Part shown: piece by piece, positions 11,299 to 25,100 of the stretch
Position numbering within the stretch: the first letter of the stretch is position 1
How the letters are laid out: each line of letters begins with the position of its first letter
NCBI GenBank assembly: GCA_052327205.1
Contig: CM126208.1
Coordinates: 245,768,001 to 245,832,000 of the forward strand
Source of the DNA: Somniosus microcephalus
Lineage: Eukaryota
Direction: 5' to 3'
Length of the DNA: 64,000 nucleotides
Notes under the pieces: generated by a model
What the model was told of the DNA's origin: nothing
Seen by the model: the letters and a program-made list of their open reading frames with translations, nothing else
Database searches by the model: none
Position numbers and translations under genes: made by a program

Positions 11299-14200
11299 AG
11301 TTTTTTTTATTCATTCATGCGATGTGGGTGTTGTTGGCAAGGCCAGCATTTATTGCCCATCCCTAGTTGCCCTTGAGAAGGTGGTGGTGAGCTGCCTTCT
11401 TGAACCGCTGCAGTCCGTGTGGTGAAGGTACTCCCACAATGCTGTTAGGGAGGGAGTTCCAGGATTTTGACCCAGCGATGATGAAGGAACGGCGATATAT
11501 TTCCAAGTCAGGATGGTGTGTGACTTGGAGTGGAACTTGCAGGTGATGGTGTTCCCATGTTCCTGCTGCCATTGTCCTTCTAGGTTGTAGAGATCGCGGG
11601 TTTGGGAGGTGCTGCCGAAGAAGCCTTGGCAAGATGCTGCAGTGCATCTTGTAGATGATACACACTGCAGCCACGGTACGCCGGTGGTGGAGGGAGTGAA
11701 TGTTTAAGGCGGTGGATGAGGTGCCAATCTAGCGGGCTGCTTTGTCCTGGATGGTGTCGAGCTTCTTATGTGTTGTTGGAGCTGCACTTATCCAGGCAAG
11801 TGGAGAGTATTTCATCACACTCCTTACTTGTGCCTTGTGGATGGTGGATAGGCTTTGGGGAGTCAGGAGGTGAGACATTTGATGCAGAATACCAAGCCTC
11901 TGACCTGCTCCTGTCACCACAGTATCTATGTGGCTAGTCCAGTTAAGTTTCTGGTCAATGGTGACCCCCCAGGATGTTAATGCTGGGTATTTCGGCGATG
12001 GTATTGCCATTGAATGTCAAGGAGCGATGGTTAGACTCTCTCTTTTAGGAGATAGCAGTTGTGTGGCGCAAATGTTACTTGCCACTTATCTGTCCAAGCC
12101 TGAATGTCGTCCAGGTTTTGCTGCATGCACACAAGGACTGCCTCTTTACCTGAGGTGTTGAGAATGGGACTGAGCACTGTGCAATCATCAGTGAGCATCC
12201 CCACTTCAGACCTAATGATGGAGAGAAGGTCATTGATGAAGCAGCTGAAAATGGTTGGGCAAGGACACTGCCCTCAGGAACTCCTGCAGCGAAGTCCAGG
12301 GGTTGAAATGATTGGCCTCCAACAACCACCGTCATCTTCTTTTATGATAAGTATGACTCCAGCCAGTGGAGAGTCTTTCCCCTGATTCCCATTGACTTCA
12401 GTTTTACTAGGGTTCCTTGATGCCACACTTGGTCAAATGCTACCTTGATGTCAAGGGCAGTCACTCACACCTCACCTCTGGAATTCAGCTTGTTTGTCCA
12501 TGCTTGGACCAAGGCTGTAATGAGCTCTGGAGCTGAGTGGCCCTGGCAGAACCCAAACCGAGCATCAGTGAGCAGGTTATTGGTGAGTAAGTGCCGCTTG
12601 GTAGCACTGTCGACGACACCGTCAATCACTTTGCTGATGATTGAGAGTAGACTGATGGGGCGGTAATTGGCCGGGTTGGATTTGTCCTGCTTTTTGTGGA
12701 CAGTACATACCTGGGCAATTTTCCACATTGACAGGTAGATGCCAGTGTTGTAGCTGTACTGGAACAGCTTGGCTAGAAGCACGGCCAGTTCTGGAGCACA
12801 AGACCTCACCACGATAGCCGGGGTGTTGTCGGGGCCCATAGCCTTTGCTGTATCCAGTGCACTCAGTTGTTTCTTGATATCACTTGGTGTGAATTGACTT
12901 GGCTGAAGACTAGCTTCTGTGATGGTGGGGACCTCAGGAGAAGGCTGAGATGGATCATCCACTTGGCACTTCTGGCTGAAGATGGTTGCAAACGCTTCAG
13001 CCTTGTCTTTTGCACTCATGTACTGGGTTCCGCCATCATTGAGGATGGGGATGTTCATGGAGCCTCCTCCTCCTGTTAATTGTTCAATTTTCCACCACCG
13101 TTCATGACTGGATGTGGCAGGACTGCAGAGCTTTGATCTGATCTGATCCGTTGATTGTGGGATCGCTTAGCTCTGTCTATAGTATGCTGCTTCTACTTTT
13201 TAGCATGCATGTAGTCCTGTGTTGCAGCTTCACCAGGTTAGCACTTCATTTTTAGGTTTGCCTGGTGCTGCTCCTGGCATGCTCTTCTACATGCCTCATT
13301 AAACCGGGTTGGTCTCCTGGCTTGATACTAATGGTAGAGTGAGGGATATGCCAGGCCATGAGGTTACAGATTGTGGTGGAATACAATACTGTTGCTTCTG
13401 ATGACCCACAGCGCCTCATGGATGCCCAATTCTGAGTTGCTAGATCTGTTCTGAATCTATCCCATTTAGCACAGTGGTAGTGTCACACAACACAACTGGG
13501 GTTGTCCTCAGTGTGAAGGCTGGACTTCATCTCCACAAGGACTGTGCGGTGGTCACTCCTATCAATACTATCATGGACAGATGCATCTGCAATAGGTAGA
13601 TTAGTGAGGATGAGGTCAAGTCATTTTTCCCTCGTGTTGGTTTTTTCACCACCTGCCGCAGGCCCAGTCTGGTAGCTATGTCCTTCAGGACTCGGCCAGC
13701 TCGGTCAGTAGTGGTGCTACTGATCCACTCTTGGTGATGAACTTTGAAGTCCCCCACCCAGAGTACACTCTGTGCTCTTGCTACCCTTAGTGCTTCTTTC
13801 AAGTGGTGTTCAACATGTAGGAGTACTGATTCATCAGCTGAGGGAGGGCAGTAGGTGGTAATCAGCAGGAGGTTTCCTTGCCCATGTTTGACCTGATGCC
13901 ATGAGACCTCATGGGGTCCGGAGGCAATGTCAAGGACTCCTAGGGCCACTCCCTCTTGACTGTATACCAATGTACCGCCACCCCTGGTGGGTCTGTCCTG
14001 CCGGTGGGATGGAACATATCCAGGGATGGTGATGCAGGAGTCTGGGACATTGGCTGAAATGTATGATTCTGTGAGTATGACTGTCAGGCTGTTGCGTGAC
14101 TGTTGTGGGACAGCTCTCCCAATTATGGCATAAGTCCCTAGTTGTTAGTGAGGAGAACGTCGCGGGTTCGACTGGGTTGGGTGTGCCCTTGTCGTGTCTG

Positions 14201-14343
14201 GCGCCTAGGTTGATGTCAGGTGGTCCATCCAGTTTTATTCTAAGTATACTTCTTTGCAGCAGATTGGTACAACTGATTGGATTGCTAGGCCATTTCAGAG
14301 GGCAGTTAAGAGTCAACCACATTGCTGTGGGTCTGGAGTCACA
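11299..14343 (-). mobile_element. Decayed CR1-group LINE (APE endonuclease + RT), near full ORF2
   Basis: Fragments WVGDFKVHHQEW (endonuclease), KAMGPDN...NPANYRPISLLS...GFCQGHSA and AGVPEGSVL (RT). 3' tail gggcaataaatgctggccttgcc followed by an A-tract. Many frameshifts. Confidence 0.88.
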
Positions 14344-14344
14344 T

Positions 14345-14742
14345 TTTTTATTTATTCATGGGATGTGGGCACCACTGGCAAGGCCAACATTTATTGTCCA
14401 TCCCTAAATGCCCTTGAGAAGGTGGTAGTGAGCTGCCATTTCAGAGGGCAGTTAAGAGTTACCCACATTGTTGTGGATCTGGAGTCACATATAGGCCAGA
14501 CCGGGTAAGGACAGCAGATTTCCTTCCCTAAAGGACGTTAGTGAACCAGATGGGTTTTTATGACAATCCGGTAGTTTCATGGTCTCCATTACTGATGCTA
14601 GCTTTTCTTTTATTCCAGATTTATTTAATTAACTGAATTTAAATTCCCCAGCTGCCGTGGTGGGATCTGAACTCATGCCCCCGGATCATTAGTCCAAACC
14701 TCTGGATTACTAGTCCAGGAACATAACCACTATGCTAACCAC
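14345..14742 (-). mobile_element. tRNA-derived SINE carrying the 3' tail of the adjacent LINE family
   Basis: Head tagcatagtggttatg...gagttcagatccc (A/B-box-like), a body, then the tail aagggcatttagggatggacaataaatgttggccttgcc...aataaataaaaaa, which matches the LINE 3' end at about 11300-11400. Confidence 0.7.
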
Positions 14743-15509
14743 CTGTGAATTGTCAGTTAGAAGGCCATAAAGAGAAATAATTCAAACTGATCTAATGCTG
14801 TGTGATTGGTTTCATTTGTATATGATTGACAGATTTTCACTGGTGGAATATTCAGGATCCAGAAGACCCGATAACTTTTTTTTTCCAAGGATATAAAAAG
14901 AGCAGTTCTGCTCAAATCAAACAGTCTATATGATAATCTCAGAGAAGGAAACTCCTGAAAGAGGTTTAAAATTCCAAGAAAGAGTGTGGATTAATTAGGC
15001 AGCCACAGTGGTAAGAAATGATAGTAAGAGTCATGGAATAATTTAAGAGTTATTTACAGAGGCTAGATTAGTTCTTGGAGGGATAGGGTTAGATTTTAGT
15101 TTTCACTGGATGGTAATCTGGTGGGACATATTGCCATCAATGCTCCCCATAATTTTTTTTGGTCCACCCGATCCCTTTAACGGGCTGTACGACCCATTCT
15201 ACAGTCCGCGCATGCGCGGTTTTTTCAATTTAAAAGCTAGCTCAAAGGCTGCGTGGGACCCCTGGAGCACTGCGTGGCCGCACAGCTTAAAGGGAACACT
15301 GATTGCCATCCCCTTTATAGAAACCGCCTGATGTCCATTCCACTGAAATCAATGGAATTGTTATCAAGTTGGTCGTATAAAGGACGGCTGATTCTGCAAA
15401 CCCCACTTCCCCCCCACCCAAATAGTGAAGACAAAAATCTATCCTGTGTTCTTTTTATTATCTTGCCGACTTGAGGGGTTAAGTGGAAAGATGTCCACTG
15501 TAAATATAT

Positions 15510-16207
15510 GGGGGGTGATTTTGCCAGCCCTGGGGAGGCGGGTATGGAGGCGGGACTGCCGGGAAAATGACAGAATTTAGGGACAGGCAGAAAATAGGAT
15601 TTTCCCCTTTTTGCCCTCACAAGTGCGGGCTTCCCGAAGGCTCCAAAACCCGCCAGGTCAGCGAGGCGAGTACTAGGTCTGCGGGGGTCGGGGCAGGGTG
15701 CAGGTAAGTGATGGGTGCAAGAGTGGAGAGGTAAGTATCTGAGGTAAGTGCAAAGTGTTAGTAAAAGTGTACTTACCTTTGTTTCTCCCTGCAGGCTTCA
15801 GTTGGTGTGTATGCGGAGAGTCTCGGACCTCCGTGTTGCAGATGAGAGATGGCTGTTGCATTCTCAGATGCAACAACCATCTAATTTCTGTAAAAGAAAG
15901 AAGTTTGATGAGGTCTTGATTTCAAGACCTCATCAAACTACAGGGAATATCACTGTTTGACAGCTTCACAGAGCTGTCAAACGATGACAATTCATCTGTC
16001 AAAAATTTTTGACAGATGAAATGTCATACATTGACGTTCTCTGCAACCGGCCATCCCTTAATTGGCCTGCTGAGCCCGCTGGGCGGGCTTAACAAGGTCA
16101 ATCAAGGGAAAATAGCGTGGGTTGGCCACAAATCGATGGAGGCGGGACATCGACCCGCCAAGCAACAGTCCCGCCTCCAAAGCGTCCCCATTAACAGAAT
16201 CGCCTCC
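15510..16207. mobile_element. Harbinger-like MITE
   Basis: Imperfect TIRs ggggtgatttt...ggaggcgggact / agtcccgcctcc...agaatcgcctcc. Confidence 0.6.
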
Positions 16208-16820
16208 GTGATATGACTGCTACTTATGTATTTGTTAATCTTTTGTAAGATACATTTGCTTAATATTTTTTAACTTATTATTATTAACAGATTATTTAGT
16301 GGGGCCTGGAGGAGCACTTGCACTCATCCTAGTCCCATTAAAATAATTGAAAACCTAATTTTTTGGGGCCTCCCCTGCTGTAACGCTAGTTAAAACTAGT
16401 GAGTGTGTGCACACACTCCACTCGATTCAGTCCTGAAATGGCTAGCGGGGTCCTGTAAATATCATAAGATCCCGATTTGCATATTAAAAGAGCCTGAAAC
16501 CGGCCAGTGCATCGGCCACTGAATGGAAGAGCGCCTTTAAAATTGGCGGCAGCCAGTGCTTCGACGTTAATGGCAAGCTTATCATTTTGAGGCCATTACC
16601 ATTTCATTAAAAGTGATTTGGCCAAGTTAAAACCGGTCCCTGTGGTTTTGATTTCGGAAATTGAAGTGTTTGACTTGTGGATGAGTGTTGCTGAAAATTG
16701 TAGTTTTCAATGTGCTACTCATTACTTGGACCTTATTTTATGGAATCATCTTTGATTATACACTTTTGGCACTGGCAATGCCAATAAGGTAGCTTTGAAT
16801 AAATTCTTTTTTTGCTGTCT

Positions 16821-17265
16821 TGTCAGCCTTGGTTTAGTCAAAGTACTCTTGCCTCTGAGTCAAAAAGGTTTAAGCAGCACTCTAGAGACTTGAGCTCATA
16901 ATTTCGACTGACATTTCAGTGCTTCATTGTTGGAAGTATTGTCATTTAGATGAGACGTTAAACCAATGTTTGCATGTTTAGGTGAACAGGAAAGATCCTG
17001 TGGTACTATTCAAAGAAGAGCGAAGGAGTTCTCCTGGTGTCCTCCCCAATATTTATTCCTCAGCCAACACCACTAAAAAAAAAAATTCTGTAGTCAACTA
17101 CCTCATTGCAGTTTGTGGGACCTTGCTGTGCGCAAATTGGCTGCTGCGTTTGTCAACAATACAACAGTGACTACACTTCAAAATGACTTTATTGGCTGTG
17201 AGGCACTTTGGTACATTGTGAGGATGTGAAAGGTGCTGTATAAAAACACGTTCTTTCTTCATTCT
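16821..17265 (+). mobile_element. tRNA-derived Deu-domain-type SINE (SacSINE1-like), degenerate
   Basis: Head tgtcagccttggtttagt...ctcttgcctctgagtca. Core tttgtgggaccttgctgtgcgcaaattggctgc. Tail gtgaaaggtgctgtataaa. Homologous to 44525-44970. Confidence 0.75.
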
Positions 17266-17542
17266 TTGTCTCAGGGAGATACCGCGTGTAATAAGGAGAG
17301 TCTGGTACGAAATATTCTTTAATTGTACCACTATATAAGGATGCGAGCAATGTCAGATACACAAAACTTCTACCAATAGTCCTCCACAACTGCTAACGGA
17401 GTTGGTTCCAGGGCATTGGCAATGACATTCCCTGAGCTTTCTCTCATGCTATTTTGACTTGCAAGGAGAGTAGGAAAGCAGGAAGATGTTGGTGGCAGCT
17501 TATAGCAAACTATTTTTTAGCATAACAACACTTTTTAGAATC

Positions 17543-18135
17543 ATAGAATAGTACAGCGCAGAAGGAGGCCATTCGGCCCATCGAGTCTGAAAGAAAGACT
17601 TGTATTTATATAGAGCCTTTCACGATCACTGGATGTCTCAAAACGCTTTACAGTCCATGAAGTACTTTTTGAAGTGGAGTCACTGTTGTAGTGTGGGAGT
17701 CTGCACCAGCTCTTTCGAAGAGCAATCCAGTTAGTCCCACTCCCCCGTTCTTTCCCCATATCCCTGCAATTTTTTCTCCTTCAAGTATTTACCCAATTCC
17801 TTTTGAAAGCTACTATTGAATCTATTTCCACCACCCTATCAGGCAGTGCATTCCAAATCCTAACCACTCGTTGGGTCAAAAAGTTTTTCTTCATTTTGCC
17901 TCTGGTTGTTTTGCCAATCAGCTTAAACCTGTGCCCTCTGGTTATCGATCCTTCAGCCATTGGAAATTGTTTCAGTTGATTTATTCTACCTAAAGCCTTG
18001 ATGATTTTAAACACCTCCATGAAATGTTCACTTAGCCTTCTCTGCTCTAAGGTGAACAACCCCAGCTTCTCCAGTATATCCACGTAACTGTAATCCCTCA
18101 TCCCTGGAATCATTCTAGTAAATCTTTCTTCTCGG
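17543..18135 (-). mobile_element. CR1 LINE 3' fragment, with an embedded SINE-tail piece at about 17590-17695
   Basis: RFTRMIPGMRDYSY...LGLFTLEQRRL...TRGHRFK...TQRVVRIWNALP. Confidence 0.85.
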
Positions 18136-19418
18136 GCATATGAAAATCTACACTTCCTGTACATTCCCTCAACCTTTTACCTGCCCTTTCCTAAAGCCAG
18201 TGGGCTCAAAAATCAGTGGTCTCATTCCATCACTGTAACCATGGTGGAGTGGGACTTGTATCCACTGGTCCTAGGCAGCCCTCCCTCCAAAGTTTTGGGT
18301 TCAGTAGTGATGCATCTGGGTGGCCCACTAAGTGAGGGAAGGAGGGAGAGGAGGAAATAGTGTCATTGCCCAGACACTAGGGCCAAGTGTCAGCGTGTCT
18401 GGCTGAGGAAGTATAGAGCCTTCAAGAATTAGCTCTCTCCAGGAAGACCACTTTCCTCACTGCAACCAATCATTTTGTGACCAGTTACCATAAGGAAACA
18501 AGCCTTTCCAAATTGGTGGGCCTCACTCCCAGCGGCTTACATGTACTCTACACCTACTTCATGCAGGTACATATGTTGGGGACACCACAGATGAAGCAGG
18601 CAGGAATTCCTGCAGAATTGGTCATCCCACCAGTCCCATTTCCTTCTCCAACATCAGCTCCAATAGAGGACAGATGCAAGAAGTGACTGTCCCTCTCCCC
18701 TTTCCAGGAAACATAGGCACCTCAAGAGCAGAGGTAGGAAACCTGACATAAAAGGGTCCTGCCCAAATTCCCAGCACCCCCCCATCCCTGTTGTGATAAT
18801 ACCTGCACTGTAGCATTAACCTCGAGGAAATTCAGAGCCGGTGTCTCACGTTAGGATATGGTTCAAACGACTATTGGCAGCCCTCATCCACAAGGCCATT
18901 CTTCATGTGGAAGCCTTGACAGTGAATACTGGCAGGCCATTCAACTATGTAGGTATCAAAGCCAAGCCTGATCTGCCCTTACCTGACATCCATACACAAA
19001 TACTTACCAGCAGTACTTATTGGATAATGGTCATTAGCAGGAATCGTGGTTGGATTATTTCCCCTCCGCAGTCTGAGGCTATGGGTCAGGTCTTTATGGC
19101 TCAGAATCACAGCCTGCCAGATACACCTATCAAAATGCTGAACCTGTCCAGGAAAATCTCTCTGCTATGAACAAATTGTTCATATTTATACAGATCATTG
19201 TTCACTTTGATCCAAACGGTCTTCTGGTGATGGAAAGTGTTGACTTTGGAAAACTGAAATTTTGGATGAAAATAGGCCCAACATTTACCTGAGTTCATCT
19301 GTCTCATTTTTGGTCATGATACATCTTTTTGAGCTGCTTTTAAGGTTCACACTACCCACGCCCCTGCCCCCATTCCCCCTCACCAAACATTTTTTGTTAA
19401 GTCATGAGGCTCCTAATA

Positions 19419-19964
19419 CAGGTAGACTACCCTTTATCCGGACTTCCGAAAACCGAAACCCTCTAAAAACCGAAGGTTTTTTCGTTCAGCGTAAGTTGTG
19501 CGTACGACTTACGCTGAACGAAAAAACCTTCGGTTTTTAGAGGGTTCCGGTTTCGGAAGTTCGGATAAAGGGTAAGTCGTGCGCACGACCCCCCGCGGAC
19601 CCCCCGCGGACCCCCGCCGACCCCCCCGCCGGCCCCGACCCCCGCTGACCCCGACCGACTTACGCTGAGCGTCAGCGTAAGTCGTGCGCATGACCCCCCG
19701 CCGACCCCCCCGGCCCCGACAACCGCCGACCCCCCCCCGCCGACCCCCCCGTGGACCCCGCCGGCCCCGACAACCGCCGACCCCCCCCCCCGCCGACCCC
19801 CCCGCGGACCCCGCCGGCCCCGACCCCCGCCGACCCCCCCGCGGACCCCGCGAACCGCCGACCCCCCCGCGGACCCCCGCCGACCCACCTTCCGAAATCC
19901 GAAATTCTCCGAAAACCGAAACTCGGCTGGTCCCGAGGTTTTCGGATAAAGGATAGTCTACCTG
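19419..19964. mobile_element. Tc1/pogo-type MITE with GC-rich internal minisatellite
   Basis: TIRs caggtagactaccctttatccg / cggataaaggatagtctacctg flanked by TA on both sides. Internal (ccgacccc)n-like repeats. Confidence 0.85.
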
Positions 19965-22900
19965 TAGCACATGTACTTCAGTGGCTCTGTATCTCAGTTT
20001 ATATCAGTTACAAATGCATCGTAATGGGATGTATTACAAGCAAAAAGCACAGGAACACCGATGCTGAGTTAAGTCAGTATGCCACTCAATTACTGATATC
20101 ACAAAGAGTGAAAGGTTTCTCCCTCTAGTTTCACTGTAAAATGATTGACGACAAGCTATTGTGATAATTGCATGAAGGACTGTGATTAGTAAAAGTGAGG
20201 AGTCGGCATTAACCAAATCCTTTTCAGAGATGGTACCTCATAACAAATCCAGTTATAAACAATAAAGCACTCAACAATCAGTAAAATGGGCTATCCATAA
20301 AACCAGAGTGTTCTCCCAATGAAAACATATTGTGGTTCTAACTTACTGAATAAGTTCTTCCTCACCCCCTTCATTGATCGAGCTTGGTTCCAGCAGCTCA
20401 TTTGAATTCATTGTCAAAGAGCACACACTTTTCTGTTGGCAACAGCAAGTCAAAAGGTTGAAATAAACCAGGAAAGAAAAGTAGAAAACAGTAAAATTCT
20501 GGAATATATATTTGGGTGTGAAATATATAGTGAATGATTATGTTCTTCTAATCGAAAGGGTAATTGAGTTTGCATCAGGACCTTGTAAAGGTGCTTGACC
20601 TTGTGTGTCAGCACAGGATGATTTTTTTTTAGCACAGGTCAATATCAGGTGCATAATGTTTGGGAATTTAGGTTGATTTCCGGAAGATTACCTTTGCAGA
20701 TGAGCTCAAGTGCAAAATGAGCCATCTGTGGTGAACCCTCTCCATCATCTAAGAGCTCCCATTCCAATTAACACAACACGGCTAATTAATAGTGAAAGAC
20801 CACAGCCCACATTTATTATATAGATCAAAAATAATATTTAAAAATCAGAAGAGGGATTACCAGCAAATCACATTGCAGGTGGAATTTCTTATCATCTTAT
20901 TATATCGCAGTGGATGCTTGCTGCATTGCATCTCCACTCAACTGAACAGAAAAGTTTGACCATTGGTTTGTTGGTTTATTTAGTTTCATATATTTTAATA
21001 ATCATCCCCCAGCACCACTCCAGAGAAATCAAGGGATATGGGGATCGGGCAGGAAAGTGGAGTTGAGGTCGAAGATCAGCCATGATCTTATTGAATGGCA
21101 GAGTAGGCTCGAGGGGCTGCATGGCCTACTCCTACTCCTAATTCCTATGTTCTTATGCTCTTATATTTGGAAAAAGAAAGAAGGAACATACACGGGTAAA
21201 TTCTACAAGGTCCTGTGCCACTGATTTCATGCGAGACTCTATCAGAGGCACAGGACCTGGTAAACCTTACCCTATGATTTTATGAAATCATTTTCTTTAT
21301 TTTTGGATCTGTGGGTTACTTGTCAGTGTTCTCCCTGTTACTTATGTATGATAAACTTCACAATTCAACTGCGTTGTGATTTCATTAGCAGGGAATCTGT
21401 AGCCAACCAACAAGAAATTCTGTTGCCAATGGGTTTTATATCAATATGTTACTGCAGCAACCTGACAGAAATAACATTGCACATGTACAGGAGAAACCAA
21501 TTAAAAATGCACATTTGTCCCACACTTCAAAAAGTCCAAATCTGAGTTGAATTGATAGCTCGCCAACTTCAGGTTTTCAAGTTTGCTGCTCAACCCGAAT
21601 CCTTATATTGTAGAGTAGCATTCAGAAAACATACTAGTGGTATCTAATGACAATACTGCACACCCTTAGACTAAAATATGTGTGTAAATTCAAACCCGCA
21701 CTTGTCAGCTGTTTAATGACTTGTGACTACCCTGCTTGAGGGTATTGGAGCTAAGTTAAGTGGGGTCTCTCTGGGATCAAATTAGCTCCAAGACTAGGAC
21801 CATGTCAACCCTCCATGGCAGACTTTGTAATCTGATGCCTGAGCCAAACTGGTCTGCAATACTCCAGTGTGCTGTTGGTGATTGACCTGATGGGATCTGG
21901 CAGGGTAGTCTTATCACTGGGAGCTGGGATTCTTCCCACTCAGCTCCAGATAACCCTGTAAGCCAATATTTTAACAGGTAGATGGCCCTACCTGGATAAG
22001 CAGCAAGAGAATTTCCACTTTGTGCTAGTGTGCTGGATGGTTTTAGCTGGTTAGACGCGAACAGTAGCCCTGCACGCATAGGAAGTCGCTTAACTTGGCT
22101 GTTGCCAACCCGTGCCTAAACTCTCTGGACTTTGTTAACTGGGTGCGCCCATATAGGGAGAGAGTGCGCACTCCATATCGGGCAGGTAGAAACTCTATAC
22201 AAGGCTGACTAAAAAGAAATGGCGCACTAAGACAATAAACAGTGAAAATAATATTTCCAAATGGAATTTAACAATATGTTTCATTATATATTCCTGTTGT
22301 AGTTTGTAAAACCCAAATATGATTTGGGGACTGTCGGAATACCAATGATCCCCATGATGCAAAATTAAACTTGTGGTGCAGTAACGAGTAGGTCTACTTA
22401 AAACTTTAAGATTTGGCTACCTTTAGGAAAGAGCTTTCAGAACTGACAAGCTGAAATAGAATACAATTCATGGAAGGACTTTTCAAACCAACTAACAGAA
22501 ATCTATCACACATTACATCATTTTCATATTTTATTCAATGTTTAAGCCTAGAAATTATTGTTGGCAATATGATCAGATGAATGCTTACCAGGTTGATATG
22601 ACATTCCACTATGTGCTATTATAAAGCAGGCATTAATAAACCTGTTTAGTTAAAATGGGACAATGCCTTTATTAAAATAGTGAACAGAGGAATGTCATAT
22701 AAAGATGTACAGTGTTTACCTATTAATATCACTAGGCTTTTGTTTTTATTGTATATTGCACAGAAGTGCATGTTGAACAATGTTATACAAGATAATCGGT
22801 GAGGTTCAACTCATGAGAAAGAAGTATATACCTCAAATCATGACTTATTTCTTCCTGACTTATCAGCTCTCCTCGCTTACTGAATATTCCGCCGTTCCTC

Positions 22901-24454
22901 AGTGAGTAACCTTGTTTACCTATCAAAAACCGTATTGAGCAGGTGATTGAAGCAGCAGTTATTTTCATTCTGTAGCTGAGCTTGAGGTAGCGTGACACAC
23001 ACTTGGATCATGAAAGCCCCTAATGCCGACCCTGTGCCGCTAATCCTAAATTTGTAATTGGATAAAACTGGCAGGATACAGGTCTACACCATGAGTAAAC
23101 AAAAAGCCCTTTAGAGGATGTCAAGTTTGGCTACGAGACTGAAAGTCACGGTCAAACTGAGAAAACTGGGGTCTAATCTTATTAATGTGATTTCTGGAAA
23201 GTTTAATCTAATAACATGAATACATGGGCTCCTCCTGAAATGTGGATTTGGTTTAACAAGTAACTGCTGATAAGAACTGTGAAGAAAAGAAAATGCACTG
23301 AGCTGAGTTTTTTTCAACAGGATTTGTCTTTGCATTACTGAAGCAAGTCATCTGTGTCTGACAATGCTAAGATTCTGTAACTGGCAGTGATCAATATTCA
23401 ATAATTACCTACCATTATTTAATTACAGAAAAACAATAACGACATTGACCGCAGCACTAAATACTGTGTGTCCAGGCGAGCTGAATATTGGAGCTGCTTT
23501 GGTGGGCCTCAGCCCATTAAATTAGACCAATGTGCCCTCGAGGCACAGGAAGCCAGCTTGTGCATGTACAAGAGCCATATGACCCACTGCAGGAAAACAT
23601 AATGAAAGAACCTTCTGAAGTCCCTGGCAGTCACAGGAAATCATTTTCATTCACTACTATTTTCTAGCTCTATAAAAAGAAACAAAGTTGACCTCAATCC
23701 ACTTGGGGCTAACCTTCACTGGGGGTAACTGCTGACATCAAAGCATTCCTGCACATGACAATAAAATGCCAGCGATAAACCGGGAACAGACACAGAGCTG
23801 CATTCATTGTGCAGCTTAATTTAGAACACTGGCCCGTAGGTGCTGAGTGTTGATGTTGACACATTTTATAGTGAGGAATGCAGAAGAGCTTTTGGCACAA
23901 TCCACAGAATGGAAATAGACCATCACATTAAACAACGGGATACATAACAACATAAACTACTGGTGGCAAGAAAGGGGCAGATAACTGATATAATTAATAG
24001 TCTCTTAACAGCAATTATGCTTTTAGTTGTGATTATTGGGGCAGGCTTAGGAAGTAATTTGCATAGTGGATTTTATTTTTCTCTTTCTCTGATTTTCTTA
24101 ATTTATTCCTCCCCTCCTGATGGCAGTGGCTCACACTGGGATACAGGTGGACAGATGGCAGTTAACCTCTTTCAGTACCCTACCCAAGCGGGCATTCTCG
24201 CCGTGCGAGCCTGGGCGGTGAGAATCAGCAGGTTATTCAACCACAGCTAAGGCCAATTCCTGTCCTCACCCGGGATGACACACATGCACATTGTGGTGGC
24301 GGGGGGCGGGATGGGGCATTACTGGATCGGGTCTGGTGGCTGATGCTTGCCATCCCTAGCTGAGGGTTGTTGATGCCAACTGTCATATCCTGGTTGGAAT
24401 TGGTTAACTGGTCACAGACCCTGAATTGAATCTGGTCTGTACACAACTAAAAAC

Positions 24455-25100
24455 AACACCAACTTGCATTTATATAGTGCCTTTAACATAATAAAACATT
24501 CCAGTGCGCTTCACAGGTGTGTTATAAAACAAAATTTGACACCGAACCACATAAGGAGAAAGTAGGGTAGGTGACCAAAAGCTTGGTCAAAGAGGTAGGT
24601 TTTAAGGAATGTCTTAAAGGAGGAAAGAGAGGTAGAGAGGTCACAGTCACAGAGTCACAGAAACCCCACAGTGCAGATAGAGGCCATTTCGGCCCATCGA
24701 GCCTGCACCGACACCACACAGTTCCAGAGCTTAGGGCTTAGGCAGCTAAAGGCACTGCCAACAATGGTGGAGCGACTGAAATTAGGGATGCTCAAGAGGC
24801 CATAATTAGAGGAGCGCCGATATTTCGGAGGGTTGTGGGGTTGGAGGAGATTACAGAGATACGGAGGGTGAAGCCATGGAGGGATTTGAAAACAAGGATG
24901 AGAATTTTAAAATCGAGGCGTTGCTTAACTGGGAGCCAATGTAAGTCAGCGAGCACAAGGGTGATGGGTGAATGGGACTTGGTGCGAGTTAGGACACGGG
25001 CAGCAGAGTTTTGGATCACCTCAAGTTTACAGAGGGTAGAACGTGGGAGGCCGGCCAGGAGTGCGTTGGAATAGTCAAGTCTAGAGGTAACAAAGGCATG
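24455..25100 (-). mobile_element. L2 LINE 3' fragment
   Basis: IQNSAARVLTRTKSHSPITLVLADLHWLPVKQRLDFKILILVFKSLHG is the L2 ORF2 C-terminus, followed by the L2 3' tail. Confidence 0.85.

Noticed and set aside
19463-20128. Gly/Arg- and Pro-rich ORFs
   Set aside because: GC-rich repeats inside a TA-flanked MITE.
22783-23335. Non-repetitive stretch with short ORFs
   Set aside because: No protein motif or convincing splice structure. Possibly regulatory, but unsupported.
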